Shown here in pieces: positions 28,914 to 38,749 of a stretch of 40,427 nt of DNA. The notes under the pieces were generated by a model. The model searched no databases, was not told the DNA's origin, and saw only the letters and a program-made list of their open reading frames with translations. This DNA comes from Promethearchaeota archaeon (GTDB lineage Archaea > Asgardarchaeota > Lokiarchaeia > Sigyniarchaeales > SOKP01). The DNA is taken from assembly GCA_004524535.1 (NCBI GenBank), contig SDNY01000019.1:1-40427 (forward strand). The letters run 5' to 3'. Position 1 is the stretch's first letter. Every line of letters starts with the position of its first letter. The translations under genes and the position numbers were made by a program.

Positions 28914-29597
28914 ATGAATTCTATTAAGCTAGATCTTCACGTACATACATGTTATTCAGGAGATTCTCTAATTAAACCAAAAGACGTTGTTAACTATGTT
29001 AAATTAAAAGGCTTAGATGGCTTCGCTATAACGGATCATCAAACTTTAAAAGGTTTTAAGATATCAAATAAAATTGGTCGTAATAAAGATATCATTGTTA
29101 TCCCCGGTATGGAAATTAATACCCATATTGGAGAAATCATAATTCTCTTTATTGAAGATGATATTAAATTTAATGATAATAATTTTAATACTATTGTCGA
29201 GAAAGTAAAAGATAATAATGGTCTAATCGTAATCCCTCATCCTTTTGATTTTTTAAGAGATAATAGGCTAAAAATGAATCTCTTAAATGATAATATTATC
29301 AATAAATTTATTGATGGTATAGAAATTATAAATTCACGAATTATCTTTAAAAAATGTATTACCAAAGCAAAAAATTTTAATAAAAAATATAATCTATTTG
29401 AAACTGGCGGTTCTGATGCTCATACTTTAAAGGAAATTGGAAATGGCTACACATTAATTCGAGATGCTGATAAATCCTTCGAAAGTATCAAAAACTGCCT
29501 ATTAGAGAAAAAATCAAGGAGTATGGGAATGCTTTCAAGTCCTCTTGTCCATGTTAAAACCGTGTTCAATAAAATAAAAAAAGGACTCTACTTTTAA
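28914..29597 (+). CDS. PHP-domain metal-dependent phosphoesterase
   Basis: DLHVHT, AITDH, GMEI, PHPF and GGSDAH. Confidence 0.92.
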   Translation: MNSIKLDLHVHTCYSGDSLIKPKDVVNYVKLKGLDGFAITDHQTLKGFKISNKIGRNKDIIVIPGMEINTHIGEIIILFIEDDIKFNDNNFNTIVEKVKDNNGLIVIPHPFDFLRDNRLKMNLLNDNIINKFIDGIEIINSRIIFKKCITKAKNFNKKYNLFETGGSDAHTLKEIGNGYTLIRDADKSFESIKNCLLEKKSRSMGMLSSPLVHVKTVFNKIKKGLYF

Positions 29598-29607
29598 TTA
29601 TATAGTT

Positions 29608-30807
29608 ATGCCAGAAAAACCTCAAATATTTGTAATAAAAACCTCTCCAAAAACAGTTCTAGAGGACTATGCAAAATTAATGCATATGGCTGAATATCAA
29701 AAACATTTTCCAAAAAATCTCCAGACGCTAATCAAACTCAACCTTAGTTGGTCTAAATTCTTTCCGTCATGTTCTAGCCCCCCATGGCAAGTAGAAGGCG
29801 TTCTAAAAGCTATGATAGAAGATGGTTATGATCCAAATAAGCTTTTTACAGCAGAAAATCGCACCGTTGTAACTAACATCGCGAAAGGTCTAGAAGGTAA
29901 TAAATGGAAACCAATAATTAAAAAGTATGGCACCTGGTTTGTGCCTTTAACTAAAATCCCCTTCATACCTTATAATGATCAGTTAAGATCAAAATTTGAA
30001 TCATTGAAAGATAAAGAATTACACGTTTTAGATTCAAAAATTTTTCCAAAAGGGTTCAGAATTCCGGAATTTTATATAGGAAAACCAATAATTCATTTAC
30101 CTACTATGAAGACTCATGGCCATACGGGAGCTATTGGTGGCTCTTTAAAAGATACAAGAGATGAGATGAAAAATGGTGGAATTACATGTGCGATGAAAAA
30201 TGCATTTGGTGGGCTTTTGACAAAAAGACGTCATTTTAGTCATCAATATATATCCGAAGTATTAGTCGATCTACTAATTATTCAAAAACAGATCCATCCT
30301 GAAATAATGGCAATTGTAGATGGAACTGTTTGCGGTGATGGTGCAGGTCCAAGAACAATGATTCCACGAATTAAGAATTATTTACTTGTGGGATATGACC
30401 AGGTTGCTGTTGATGCAGTTGTTGCAAAAATTTTAGGGTTTGATCCCCTTAAGTTACCCGCTATAAAAATTGCTCATGATGAGGGTTTAGGCTGCGGAGA
30501 TTTTAAACAAATTGAAATAATTGGGGAGGATTTATCTGAGATTAATTGGAATTTTAAAGTAAAAAGGAGTTTGGTAATTTGGGGTGATCAGATGGTAAGA
30601 AAAGGAAAATTATCCTTTTTACATCCGATGATGCATAATAAGCTTTTTATGGCTTTACCTATTTTAGGCTCACTTGTTTATCATGATATGGTTTGGTACC
30701 CAACTATCGGTAAAAAAAGGATCAAAAATTTTATGAAGACAAGTTGGGGAAAGATGTTTCAAAATTATCCTGCGAAAACTCAAGGCTTAATTAACCAACA
30801 TAATTAA
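29608..30807 (+). CDS. DUF362 family protein
   Basis: IKLNLSW, LPTMKTH, AMKNAFGG, VDGTVCGDGAGP and DQVAVDAV. Confidence 0.82.
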   Translation: MPEKPQIFVIKTSPKTVLEDYAKLMHMAEYQKHFPKNLQTLIKLNLSWSKFFPSCSSPPWQVEGVLKAMIEDGYDPNKLFTAENRTVVTNIAKGLEGNKWKPIIKKYGTWFVPLTKIPFIPYNDQLRSKFESLKDKELHVLDSKIFPKGFRIPEFYIGKPIIHLPTMKTHGHTGAIGGSLKDTRDEMKNGGITCAMKNAFGGLLTKRRHFSHQYISEVLVDLLIIQKQIHPEIMAIVDGTVCGDGAGPRTMIPRIKNYLLVGYDQVAVDAVVAKILGFDPLKLPAIKIAHDEGLGCGDFKQIEIIGEDLSEINWNFKVKRSLVIWGDQMVRKGKLSFLHPMMHNKLFMALPILGSLVYHDMVWYPTIGKKRIKNFMKTSWGKMFQNYPAKTQGLINQHN

Positions 30808-31586
30808 TCTAATAATTTTTTTACCCATTCCGAGTAATCAAAATCTATCTTTATCTTATCAATTCTATAATGAATTAAAAATTCAATCGAACCCCCTTTC
30901 CCTAAGAGGGGAGATTTTATTATTCCATAAGGAAAAAATAGATTGCTTTTACTCCAATTCAATAATTCAATCAAAATCTTATAGATCTTTTCTGGATCAA
31001 GGATAATTTTAAAAGTACTTTCCTGATGGAAATCAGTTTCAAATAATGGTTTTACTAATACAATAATATCTCCGCCTTTTTTCAAATAATTCTTTATATT
31101 TGGAAGAATGTCCTTTAAAGAAGCAAAAGTAATATCAATTGTACAAACATCGACTTTTTCTTCTAATTTATTTAGTACTCGGGCATCAATACCTAAAAGT
31201 GGAATCACCCGGTTCTTCATCTTTTCACATCTTAAAGATGGATGAAGAAGATCTTCGGCTGTATCAATTGCGTATACTTTTGAAGCACCATGCTTTAAAA
31301 GACAGTCGGTAAAACCCCCAACACTCGCTCCAACATCAGCACACACTTTATTTTCAATTGGTATTGAAAATTCTTTAATCGCTGCTTCTAGTTTAAGTCC
31401 CCCTCTTCCGACATAAGGAAATTCTTTTTTTAAACGAATATCGTACCTGTTATCTACTCTTTTTCCGGGTTTTTTTATTTCTACGCCATTCACAAGAACG
31501 TATCCGTTTCTAATCAACCATTGCGCTTTTGTTCTGCTCTCGACCAGTCGCTTGTCTACTAGCAATATATCTAATCGTTCTTTCAT
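30804..31586 (-). CDS. tlyA: TlyA family rRNA 2'-O-methyltransferase (S4 plus FtsJ domains)
   Basis: ERLDILLV...SRTKAQ, YVGRGGLKL, DVGASVGGFTDCLL and LVKPLFE. Confidence 0.9.
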   Translation of the reverse strand: MKERLDILLVDKRLVESRTKAQWLIRNGYVLVNGVEIKKPGKRVDNRYDIRLKKEFPYVGRGGLKLEAAIKEFSIPIENKVCADVGASVGGFTDCLLKHGASKVYAIDTAEDLLHPSLRCEKMKNRVIPLLGIDARVLNKLEEKVDVCTIDITFASLKDILPNIKNYLKKGGDIIVLVKPLFETDFHQESTFKIILDPEKIYKILIELLNWSKSNLFFPYGIIKSPLLGKGGSIEFLIHYRIDKIKIDFDYSEWVKKLLD

Positions 31587-31640
31587 TCTATATTTAATTA
31601 ATTAAGAGGAGTTTAAATCTATTACATAAAATTTACTTAT

Positions 31641-32147
31641 ATGGATAGTTTATTAGAAGAAAAATCGTTTTTAACTCAGAAAGTAAAAATTAAAAAAAAA
31701 TACTCAAATAAAGAAATCCAACTTCATCACTTTTTTCATCAAAAGACTAAAATTTTTCCTGAAAACGTCATAATTCATAATCAATTCATTTTCTTTTTTG
31801 TAAAGAGCGAAGATTATTTTAAAGCGAAGCGATTATTGAAAAATTTAAGAACACAATTAATTGATAAAAAAATTTTAATTATTCGATCTGAGACAACATT
31901 AATAAAATTATTATTTAGCTTTTTTCCGGACACCTATATTCACGATATTACTTTAAGCATTGTAGAAAATACTGGAAAGAGGTTGGTTAAAATAATCTTT
32001 TTATTTTATGAAGATAGAGGAATAGCAGTCGGTCGCAGCGGAGATTATATTAATCTTGTTAATAAAATCTTTGAAAATTATATTACATTAGAAAAATTTA
32101 ACACTTCAATAGAAATAAAATGTGAAATTATTGAATTAGAATATTAA
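31641..32147 (+). CDS. Divergent archaeal NusA-like KH-domain protein
   Basis: EDRGIAVGRSGDYINLV resembles the second KH GxxG loop of archaeal NusA. The first KH loop is degenerate. Confidence 0.55.
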   Translation: MDSLLEEKSFLTQKVKIKKKYSNKEIQLHHFFHQKTKIFPENVIIHNQFIFFFVKSEDYFKAKRLLKNLRTQLIDKKILIIRSETTLIKLLFSFFPDTYIHDITLSIVENTGKRLVKIIFLFYEDRGIAVGRSGDYINLVNKIFENYITLEKFNTSIEIKCEIIELEY

Positions 32148-32157
32148 ATATACTAAA

Positions 32158-33282
32158 CTATTCCCTACTATTTTCAAACTCTTTCTTTAATGCCACCACA
32201 TCAATATTTTCAAGCTTACATGCTAAAAAGATTGCCATCTTTCCCATTTGTACTTTTATAGAGAATTTTGATCTCCATCTTTTATGAATTGCTCTTAATG
32301 CTAATCCCATTAATGCTGATGTAATAAAAAAAGCAATAAAAAAATAAAATATACTTAGCTGACCATAAAATAGGAAAAATAATACATTGTGTCCCAAATA
32401 AACGGTAAGAGAATAATATGAGAAGTAATATGAAAACTTATAACTTTTCTTTGTATCGAAATAACCATATCCTTCAATAGTTAACAAAATTGACACCGCA
32501 ATTATAATAATTGATATCGAAAAGGGTACCCAAGCAAATGGGTAATCTATCCAAAATAATTCACCTATAAATATTACGCCGAGAATTAATATAACTATAC
32601 CAATTATAAATGAAGGAATTACAATCTTATTTCTTAAAGCTAACCTTCTTTTAGCAATATCTTCTATTTGAAATACTTCAAAGAGTAGATCTCCAAAAAC
32701 CGTACCCAATATATAAAAAGCATAGGAGACTAAAACCGGATATAAAAATAATGGATAATATAAAAGATGAAATAATATTCCATAGATGTTTAATTGCCCT
32801 TCATATGACCATAGAATAGTAATAATAATTTGATTAATAATTATAATAATAAATGAATAAATTAATCTAAAGAGTTTTGAAGTTTTAAAGAATGGATAGG
32901 ACATTAACATTGAAAACGCAAGAGCTAATAAAATAAACCATGCCCATATCCATGTTATATCGTAAATTACTAAAGCAACAACAATGTTATAACTAAAAGC
33001 AATAACCAATAATATTAATGCCCGAAAATAATACTCTTTTTTCATTATACGAGCATTATAATTCTCTAATTCTTTAGCTTTGATAGAAGCATTCCGATAC
33101 CATAAGATTAAACTTACACCTGAGAGCCATATAAAAGCTGGACCAAAAATTTTATCAATTAGAAGTCTAGAAATGTCATTAAACCATGCATCTTCCTTTC
33201 TAAGCCACCATGTACGTAAATGAACCCATACCATGCCGAGAATAATCAAGCCACGGGCAATGTCGAGAGTCTTTATTCTCAT
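32158..33282 (-). CDS. Multi-TM membrane acyltransferase-like protein (HGSNAT-like), paralog 1
   Basis: RIKTLDIARG...MVWVH, F..LSGVS and YSLTVYLGH. Confidence 0.75.
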   Translation of the reverse strand: MRIKTLDIARGLIILGMVWVHLRTWWLRKEDAWFNDISRLLIDKIFGPAFIWLSGVSLILWYRNASIKAKELENYNARIMKKEYYFRALILLVIAFSYNIVVALVIYDITWIWAWFILLALAFSMLMSYPFFKTSKLFRLIYSFIIIIINQIIITILWSYEGQLNIYGILFHLLYYPLFLYPVLVSYAFYILGTVFGDLLFEVFQIEDIAKRRLALRNKIVIPSFIIGIVILILGVIFIGELFWIDYPFAWVPFSISIIIIAVSILLTIEGYGYFDTKKSYKFSYYFSYYSLTVYLGHNVLFFLFYGQLSIFYFFIAFFITSALMGLALRAIHKRWRSKFSIKVQMGKMAIFLACKLENIDVVALKKEFENSRE

Positions 33283-33353
33283 TTCTTTAAATCTAATTGA
33301 TTAATTCAAGTTATTTATATAAAAATAATCTACTTTAGCCTTTATAATAATTT

Positions 33354-34454
33354 TTAAAAAGTAGTTTTTTTTATCTTTTTTTCTTCAATCTTTTTTGCTA
33401 GCCCGCTTGCTAATTTTCCTAGTTGAGCTTTTAAAGAAGCCCTATAACCCCATTTTTTATATATAAACCTGAAAATTAAACCAATGATAATAAATATCAC
33501 AGCAATATAAATCCAAATTTCAAATTTATTTAATTGACGGTAAAATAAGAAATATAATACATTATGGGCCAAATAAATAACCAGAGAATAATAAGAATAA
33601 TAGAATAGAAATTTATAGCTTTTTTTAGTTTTGTAAAATACAAATTCTTCAAAAAACAATAAAACTGATACTAGAGTTAATTGTATTCCTAAAGAATATA
33701 TTAACCAAATATAACTCCGATTTTTTGGAGGAAATTTAAAAGAAATACTATATATTATGAGAATTGGTCCTATTATCATTAAGGGAAGTAAATATTTTTT
33801 CATTAAAACCAATTTTCTCTCTTTTTGATTTTCTATACGATAAACATCGAATAATAATTCTCCTAAAACCGTTCCAAATAAGAAAAAAGGAAACATAGGT
33901 ACTATTGGATCAAGACTCCAATTATTATATAAAATATGGTATAATACTCCAAGGTAATTAGAATCATTTCGAAATGGATATAATGTTTCAAATAAGATTA
34001 TATGTGAAATCCAAAAGATTATTCCAAGAAAGATCCTGAATAATTTGGGAGTTTTCAACAACGGCCACCCAATAAATAATGAAATAGCAACCGTCAATAA
34101 AATAAACCATGTCCAGATCATATATGGATCACCTGTCCCTATTGCTATAAATACGTTATAAATCAAAGCGACTATTAATATGAAAAAGGCTCTTAAAAAA
34201 TATTCATTTCTTATGCGATTTTTTGTATATCCCTCCGATATTTCAATTTTGGCAATTCTATTATTTTGTGAAATCGCTGTGCTAATTCCTGAAACAAATA
34301 GGAATGCGGCAGCTCCTATAGGATCTAAAATATCAAATGTTAGAAGATAAAACCATCTATCCTTGTCTCTTATCCACCAAGCGAGCAGATGACCGATCAT
34401 CATCCATGTCATTGACAGTCCTCTTAAAATATCGATACTCTTGATACGTTTCAT
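33354..34454 (-). CDS. Multi-TM membrane acyltransferase-like protein (HGSNAT-like), paralog 2
   Basis: RIKSIDILRG...MMIGH, FLFVSGIS and YSLVIYLAH. Clearly homologous to its neighbour. Confidence 0.75.
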   Translation of the reverse strand: MKRIKSIDILRGLSMTWMMIGHLLAWWIRDKDRWFYLLTFDILDPIGAAAFLFVSGISTAISQNNRIAKIEISEGYTKNRIRNEYFLRAFFILIVALIYNVFIAIGTGDPYMIWTWFILLTVAISLFIGWPLLKTPKLFRIFLGIIFWISHIILFETLYPFRNDSNYLGVLYHILYNNWSLDPIVPMFPFFLFGTVLGELLFDVYRIENQKERKLVLMKKYLLPLMIIGPILIIYSISFKFPPKNRSYIWLIYSLGIQLTLVSVLLFFEEFVFYKTKKSYKFLFYYSYYSLVIYLAHNVLYFLFYRQLNKFEIWIYIAVIFIIIGLIFRFIYKKWGYRASLKAQLGKLASGLAKKIEEKKIKKTTF

Positions 34455-34465
34455 AATTAGAACTC

Positions 34466-35311
34466 CTAATATTTAAGGTTTTTTAACATTTCTGTTGATT
34501 CACTAAGAGAGAGTTTTCCATTTAATACTTTTTCTGCTATTTCACCAAAGCTTAATATATTGTTTGAATTTTCAATATTCTCTGCTAATAAATTCTGCTT
34601 ATTTAGTTTCTTTGAATTGATATATTTAATACCATTTTGAAAGCTTAGTATATTTACTTCAATTCCATCTCTAAAAGATAATACTAATGCTGAAGCCTCA
34701 TGCTTAGGAATCTTTCTTTTCTTTTTATAAATTTTTATTTTTGACGATTTTGATTCATCAATTAAATAGAATTTCATATCAGATCGATTTTTAAAAAGAC
34801 TATAAATGCTATTAATTAAATTTCTAGTAATTGGGAGAATCCCTTTACCAAATTTAAACTTCAAACTTATTAAATCATCTGTTTTCTGGAGCCCTTGCAC
34901 ATAATCTTTGATTTTTATTATTAAATCTTCTTTATTATAAATTGTATGAGAATTTAGATAATAATCATCTAGATAAATTAGTAGTCCAATGTGCTTAGTA
35001 CCGGGATCAATAGAAAAAATTAAATTAGAATATTGTTCTTTATATCCGATTCGATATGATGCTAGTATTCTCAAAATAAATTGATTAAAATTATCATTTT
35101 TATCGTAGGATAGAATGACAACCTTTCTATTCGGACTTTCAATTCTTTCAAGTTCCTTAACAGTTGTAATAATAACACAAGGAATACTTGGAATTTTATC
35201 ACCAAAATTTAAAATTTTAAATTTGATATTAAGATGATTTAATTCCCTATTTACTAAATAAAAGAAATTTAAATTTTCGGAATATATATATAAAATTTTA
35301 GACCTTCTCAA
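34466..35311 (-). CDS. Hypothetical protein with RNase H-like (YqgF/RuvC-like) domain
   Basis: FSIDPGTKHIGL...LIDESKSS...HEASAL. Confidence 0.55.
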   Translation of the reverse strand: MRRSKILYIYSENLNFFYLVNRELNHLNIKFKILNFGDKIPSIPCVIITTVKELERIESPNRKVVILSYDKNDNFNQFILRILASYRIGYKEQYSNLIFSIDPGTKHIGLLIYLDDYYLNSHTIYNKEDLIIKIKDYVQGLQKTDDLISLKFKFGKGILPITRNLINSIYSLFKNRSDMKFYLIDESKSSKIKIYKKKRKIPKHEASALVLSFRDGIEVNILSFQNGIKYINSKKLNKQNLLAENIENSNNILSFGEIAEKVLNGKLSLSESTEMLKNLKY

Positions 35312-35354
35312 AATTATAAATATAAATATTAAATAAAATTAAAATATTTTAACA

Positions 35355-36032
35355 ATGAATATGTTCCCAAGATTAAATAAGATTATTCCTTACCCATCTT
35401 TCATGTCTGTTTGGGGTGATTTTGGAGTTGGTAAAACTACATTCGCGCTTCAAACCGCTATAAATATGTCAATTCAAGGAAATAAAGTTATTTACATATA
35501 TAGTAAACCAAGTTTTCCCTCTGTAAGGATAGGAAATATTCTCAAGGATAATCAAAAAAAAGTACTTGATAATATTGTATTTATAAGAATTACAGATTTC
35601 ACAGACCTATATAATATCATTTTTAATTTAGAGTTTTTAATTTTAGATAATTTAAAAGAGAAAGCCAATTCATTTGGTCTTATTATTATAGATTCTATTA
35701 CTGATTTATATCGACTAGAATTAACTAGAGAGAAAAAAGAAAAAAATGTTAGTCTTAATTTTCAATTAAATCAGATTTTAGCGAATTTATCATACATATT
35801 TGAAACTTATGGCATCGAAGTTTTAGTTGTAAATGAATTAACTCGAAAAAGTCACAACGACCAAACTGAAGAAGTTCAAAGCGGTGGGAATGTTATGGAT
35901 TTCTGGGTCTCATATTCTATTAAAATAGAAAGAACAGAAAGATTAAGTGTAAGAAACTTGACCGTAAGAAAACATCGAGAGAATAAAGAATTTGAATTAT
36001 CATCCATTTTAACTAACAATGGATTTGAGTAA
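35355..36032 (+). CDS. RecA-superfamily ATPase, RadB-like paralog
   Basis: Walker A GDFGVGKT, Walker B IIIDS, VVNE and SGG. Confidence 0.8.
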   Translation: MNMFPRLNKIIPYPSFMSVWGDFGVGKTTFALQTAINMSIQGNKVIYIYSKPSFPSVRIGNILKDNQKKVLDNIVFIRITDFTDLYNIIFNLEFLILDNLKEKANSFGLIIIDSITDLYRLELTREKKEKNVSLNFQLNQILANLSYIFETYGIEVLVVNELTRKSHNDQTEEVQSGGNVMDFWVSYSIKIERTERLSVRNLTVRKHRENKEFELSSILTNNGFE

Positions 36033-36065
36033 TGTTAAAGAAAATTATCAATCAATATTCTGTAT

Positions 36066-37310
36066 TTGACAATGGATAAAAAAGAAATTTTTTTAAAAAA
36101 CGATTTTACGCTAATTAAAGAAGGTTCTGCAGATTTTTACATTCATGTTGCTGATATTCCATCAAAATCAATGAAAGTTTTTTATAATAAAAAGATGGAA
36201 ATTAATCGCGATCTCTCCTGTTTGGCTGTTAATGCGTATAGACATTTATTTAATCAAAAGAACCTCGTTATTGTAGATTGTATGGCAGCTTCTGGAATCA
36301 GTTCTCTTAGAATGATAAAAGAGTGTAATGATATAAAAAAGATTTTCATTAACGACATAAATCCAGTAGCAGTTGATTTAATACATAAAAATATTAAACT
36401 TAATAAAATAAATGGAAAATCTCCTGAAATAATAATAAGTCAAAAAGACGCAAATTTATTATTTTCTGAAATAACTCAAAACATATGTTCTCATGTAAAA
36501 AATTCACAAAAAAGACCAAATGTTATATCAATTGATCCTTTTGGAACTCCAAATCTCTATATTGATGGTGCTTTTAAAGCTATACAAAAAACAAACGGTT
36601 TAATGTGTATAACAGCGACCGATACAGCAGTATTATTTGGAGTAAGGCCACAGGCTTGCATTAGAAAATATATGTCTAAACCTCTTCACACTGAATATTG
36701 CAAAGAAATTGGCGCACGGATTTTAGTTCATTTCATTGCCCGCTTAGCAAATATCAATAAACTAGGGATCATTCCGATTTTAACTTTTTATTCAAATCAT
36801 TTTATTAGAGTTTTCGCTTTAACCATAAAAAATAAAAAAGAGATCTCTAAAAATTTCATTAATTATGGATTTGTTATTCACTGCAATAAATGCGAATATC
36901 GTACAATAATTCAAAATAATGTGTTTAAAATGCCTCATGAATGTCCAAATTGTGGTGAAAAGGAAAAATTAAATTATGCTGGCCCTCTATGGGTTGGAAA
37001 AATTCATGATGATCTTTTCATTAAGGAAATTTTAAATTTAAATAGTAAATTTAGTTATTCTAATCAAAAAAAATTAGATAAAATTCTTAATTTTACCTTA
37101 GATGAGATTAAAATGCCCGCTCTATATTATAACATACACAAATTAAGTCAGAAATTAAAGCTTCAGGAAGTTCCAAAAATGAAAGATATTTTAAATTTAA
37201 TTATGAAACAAGGTTATAGAGGTTCAAGAACTCATTTTGAATTTACATCAATAAAATCTGATATGAGTCTAGAGCTTCTTAAAGAGTTATTATTAGAAAA
37301 GTATAGCTAA
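36066..37310 (+). CDS. trm1: tRNA (guanine26-N2)-dimethyltransferase
   Basis: VFYNKKMEINRDLS, AASG, NDIN, IDPFGTP, ITATD, CxxC pairs, GPLWVG and RTHF. Confidence 0.95.
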   Translation: MTMDKKEIFLKNDFTLIKEGSADFYIHVADIPSKSMKVFYNKKMEINRDLSCLAVNAYRHLFNQKNLVIVDCMAASGISSLRMIKECNDIKKIFINDINPVAVDLIHKNIKLNKINGKSPEIIISQKDANLLFSEITQNICSHVKNSQKRPNVISIDPFGTPNLYIDGAFKAIQKTNGLMCITATDTAVLFGVRPQACIRKYMSKPLHTEYCKEIGARILVHFIARLANINKLGIIPILTFYSNHFIRVFALTIKNKKEISKNFINYGFVIHCNKCEYRTIIQNNVFKMPHECPNCGEKEKLNYAGPLWVGKIHDDLFIKEILNLNSKFSYSNQKKLDKILNFTLDEIKMPALYYNIHKLSQKLKLQEVPKMKDILNLIMKQGYRGSRTHFEFTSIKSDMSLELLKELLLEKYS

Positions 37311-37955
37311 TTGGTGAATAATATATCAAAAAGTCCTAAGTTTCATAAAAGAGATCCTGATTATAAAAAAGCTAAAAAGGAAGGATATAGAGCTCGTTCA
37401 GCATATAAATTACTTGATATTCAGAAAAAATTTAATATTTTTAAAAGAGCATTTTATATTTTAGATATTGGAAGCACACCAGGTTCTTGGCTTCAAGTAG
37501 CTAAAAAATTTGCTCAAGAAAATTTAGAAAAATATAATGACAAGCATTATCATAGAGATCATTTTAAAATTATGGGCGTCGATACAAAAAAAATAACTCC
37601 AATAGAAAATATAAAAATTGTGAAAATGGATGCGACATTACCCGAATTTCAAGAAGAACTCGTATCATATTTTCACGATAAATTAGATCTTATCCTCTCC
37701 GATGCCTCAATTCAGAAATCTGGCAATAAATTCAGCGATCAAGCAAGGCAATCTAATCTCTGCCATAAAATTCTCAACCTTGCTAAAAGAAATTTAAAAT
37801 TCAAAGGTTATTTTGTCGTTAAAGTTTTTCAAGGTCAAGATTTTAATCTTTTTCTTAAAACAATAAAAAAATCTCTATACGTAAAATCTTATAAACCTAA
37901 ATCTTCCCGAAAAGGCAGTAATGAGATTTATTTAATCGGTCAGAAAAAAAAATAA
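37311..37955 (+). CDS. rlmE: RlmE/FtsJ RNA 2'-O-methyltransferase
   Basis: GYRARSAYKL, DIGSTPGSW, ILSD, VKVFQG and KPKSSRKGSNEIY. Confidence 0.92.
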   Translation: MVNNISKSPKFHKRDPDYKKAKKEGYRARSAYKLLDIQKKFNIFKRAFYILDIGSTPGSWLQVAKKFAQENLEKYNDKHYHRDHFKIMGVDTKKITPIENIKIVKMDATLPEFQEELVSYFHDKLDLILSDASIQKSGNKFSDQARQSNLCHKILNLAKRNLKFKGYFVVKVFQGQDFNLFLKTIKKSLYVKSYKPKSSRKGSNEIYLIGQKKK

Positions 37956-37957
37956 AT

Positions 37958-38581
37958 TTATTCTACACCAGATTCCAATCTATCCATAATATCATCAAAG
38001 TTAACGTTATACTTTTGGTTTTTCAGTGAAAGGGCAATCCATTGACTAAGGAATGGGCAATGTTCTGGATTAAATTGGTCCAAATTTGTATCATTACATT
38101 TGTCTATGAACGGACAAATAAAACAAGGTTGACGAGAAAACAAATTCCAAATGAAATCATCCTCTTTATTATTAATTTTTTGTGCTTTAACTTTAACCTC
38201 ATTAGAGTAATCCTCGATTGAGCTTATCTTTTTTGTCCAAGAACTACTTACGAGCTCACGACGAATCTTTATTTTTAATTGCAATGCTAGTATATCTAAA
38301 ATGTTTTCTAATTCATTACGATTTTTATTAGTAAGTTTTTGAAGATCCTTAAGATACAGTGATTTTTGTTTATTAATTATCTCAAGTACCATTTTCTCGT
38401 CTTTTCTTAAGGAACGCTTTAAAATCTTTTTTGTTTCCTCCATTCTTTCAATATGGCGTTCTACATCGGATTTATCCTCTGTTGCTCCTTCTATCCTCTC
38501 CTTAATTTTACATTTGTGCCGACTAAGATATGCAAAGGATTTTCCGCAGTATTGACAAGTTTCTTTTTTTTTCTTTGCCAA
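37958..38581 (-). CDS. TFEbeta/RPC34-like protein (winged helix plus C-terminal Fe-S motif) with extra N-terminal Zn finger
   Basis: C-terminal PCFICPFIDKC...NPEHCPFLSQW, central wHTH-like segment, N-terminal CQYC...HKC. Confidence 0.7.
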   Translation of the reverse strand: MAKKKKETCQYCGKSFAYLSRHKCKIKERIEGATEDKSDVERHIERMEETKKILKRSLRKDEKMVLEIINKQKSLYLKDLQKLTNKNRNELENILDILALQLKIKIRRELVSSSWTKKISSIEDYSNEVKVKAQKINNKEDDFIWNLFSRQPCFICPFIDKCNDTNLDQFNPEHCPFLSQWIALSLKNQKYNVNFDDIMDRLESGVE

Positions 38582-38749
38582 TTGCTAAACTCTCTTTATT
38601 ATGATTTGTATAGTAGTTAATTTTTCCATTTTAATTTTTGCTTTTAAGAAATGTATTCTAAGCAGTATTTTAAGGAATTATAGAATTTTATAAATGTAGT
38701 GAAAATAAATACTATTGTTAACAGATAATAATAGGAGTATAAATTAAAA

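Noticed and set aside
30121-30180. Apparent in-frame insertion (GAIGGSLKDTRDEMKNGG) in the DUF362 gene, considered as a hidden BHB intron
   Set aside because: Only a short hairpin is present, with no opposed 3-nt bulges around a 4-bp helix. The frame is open and protein-like.
37510-37570. Insertion in rlmE containing hairpin ataatg/cattat, considered as an intron
   Set aside because: No central 4-bp helix can be formed next to the hairpin. It is more likely a variable protein loop.
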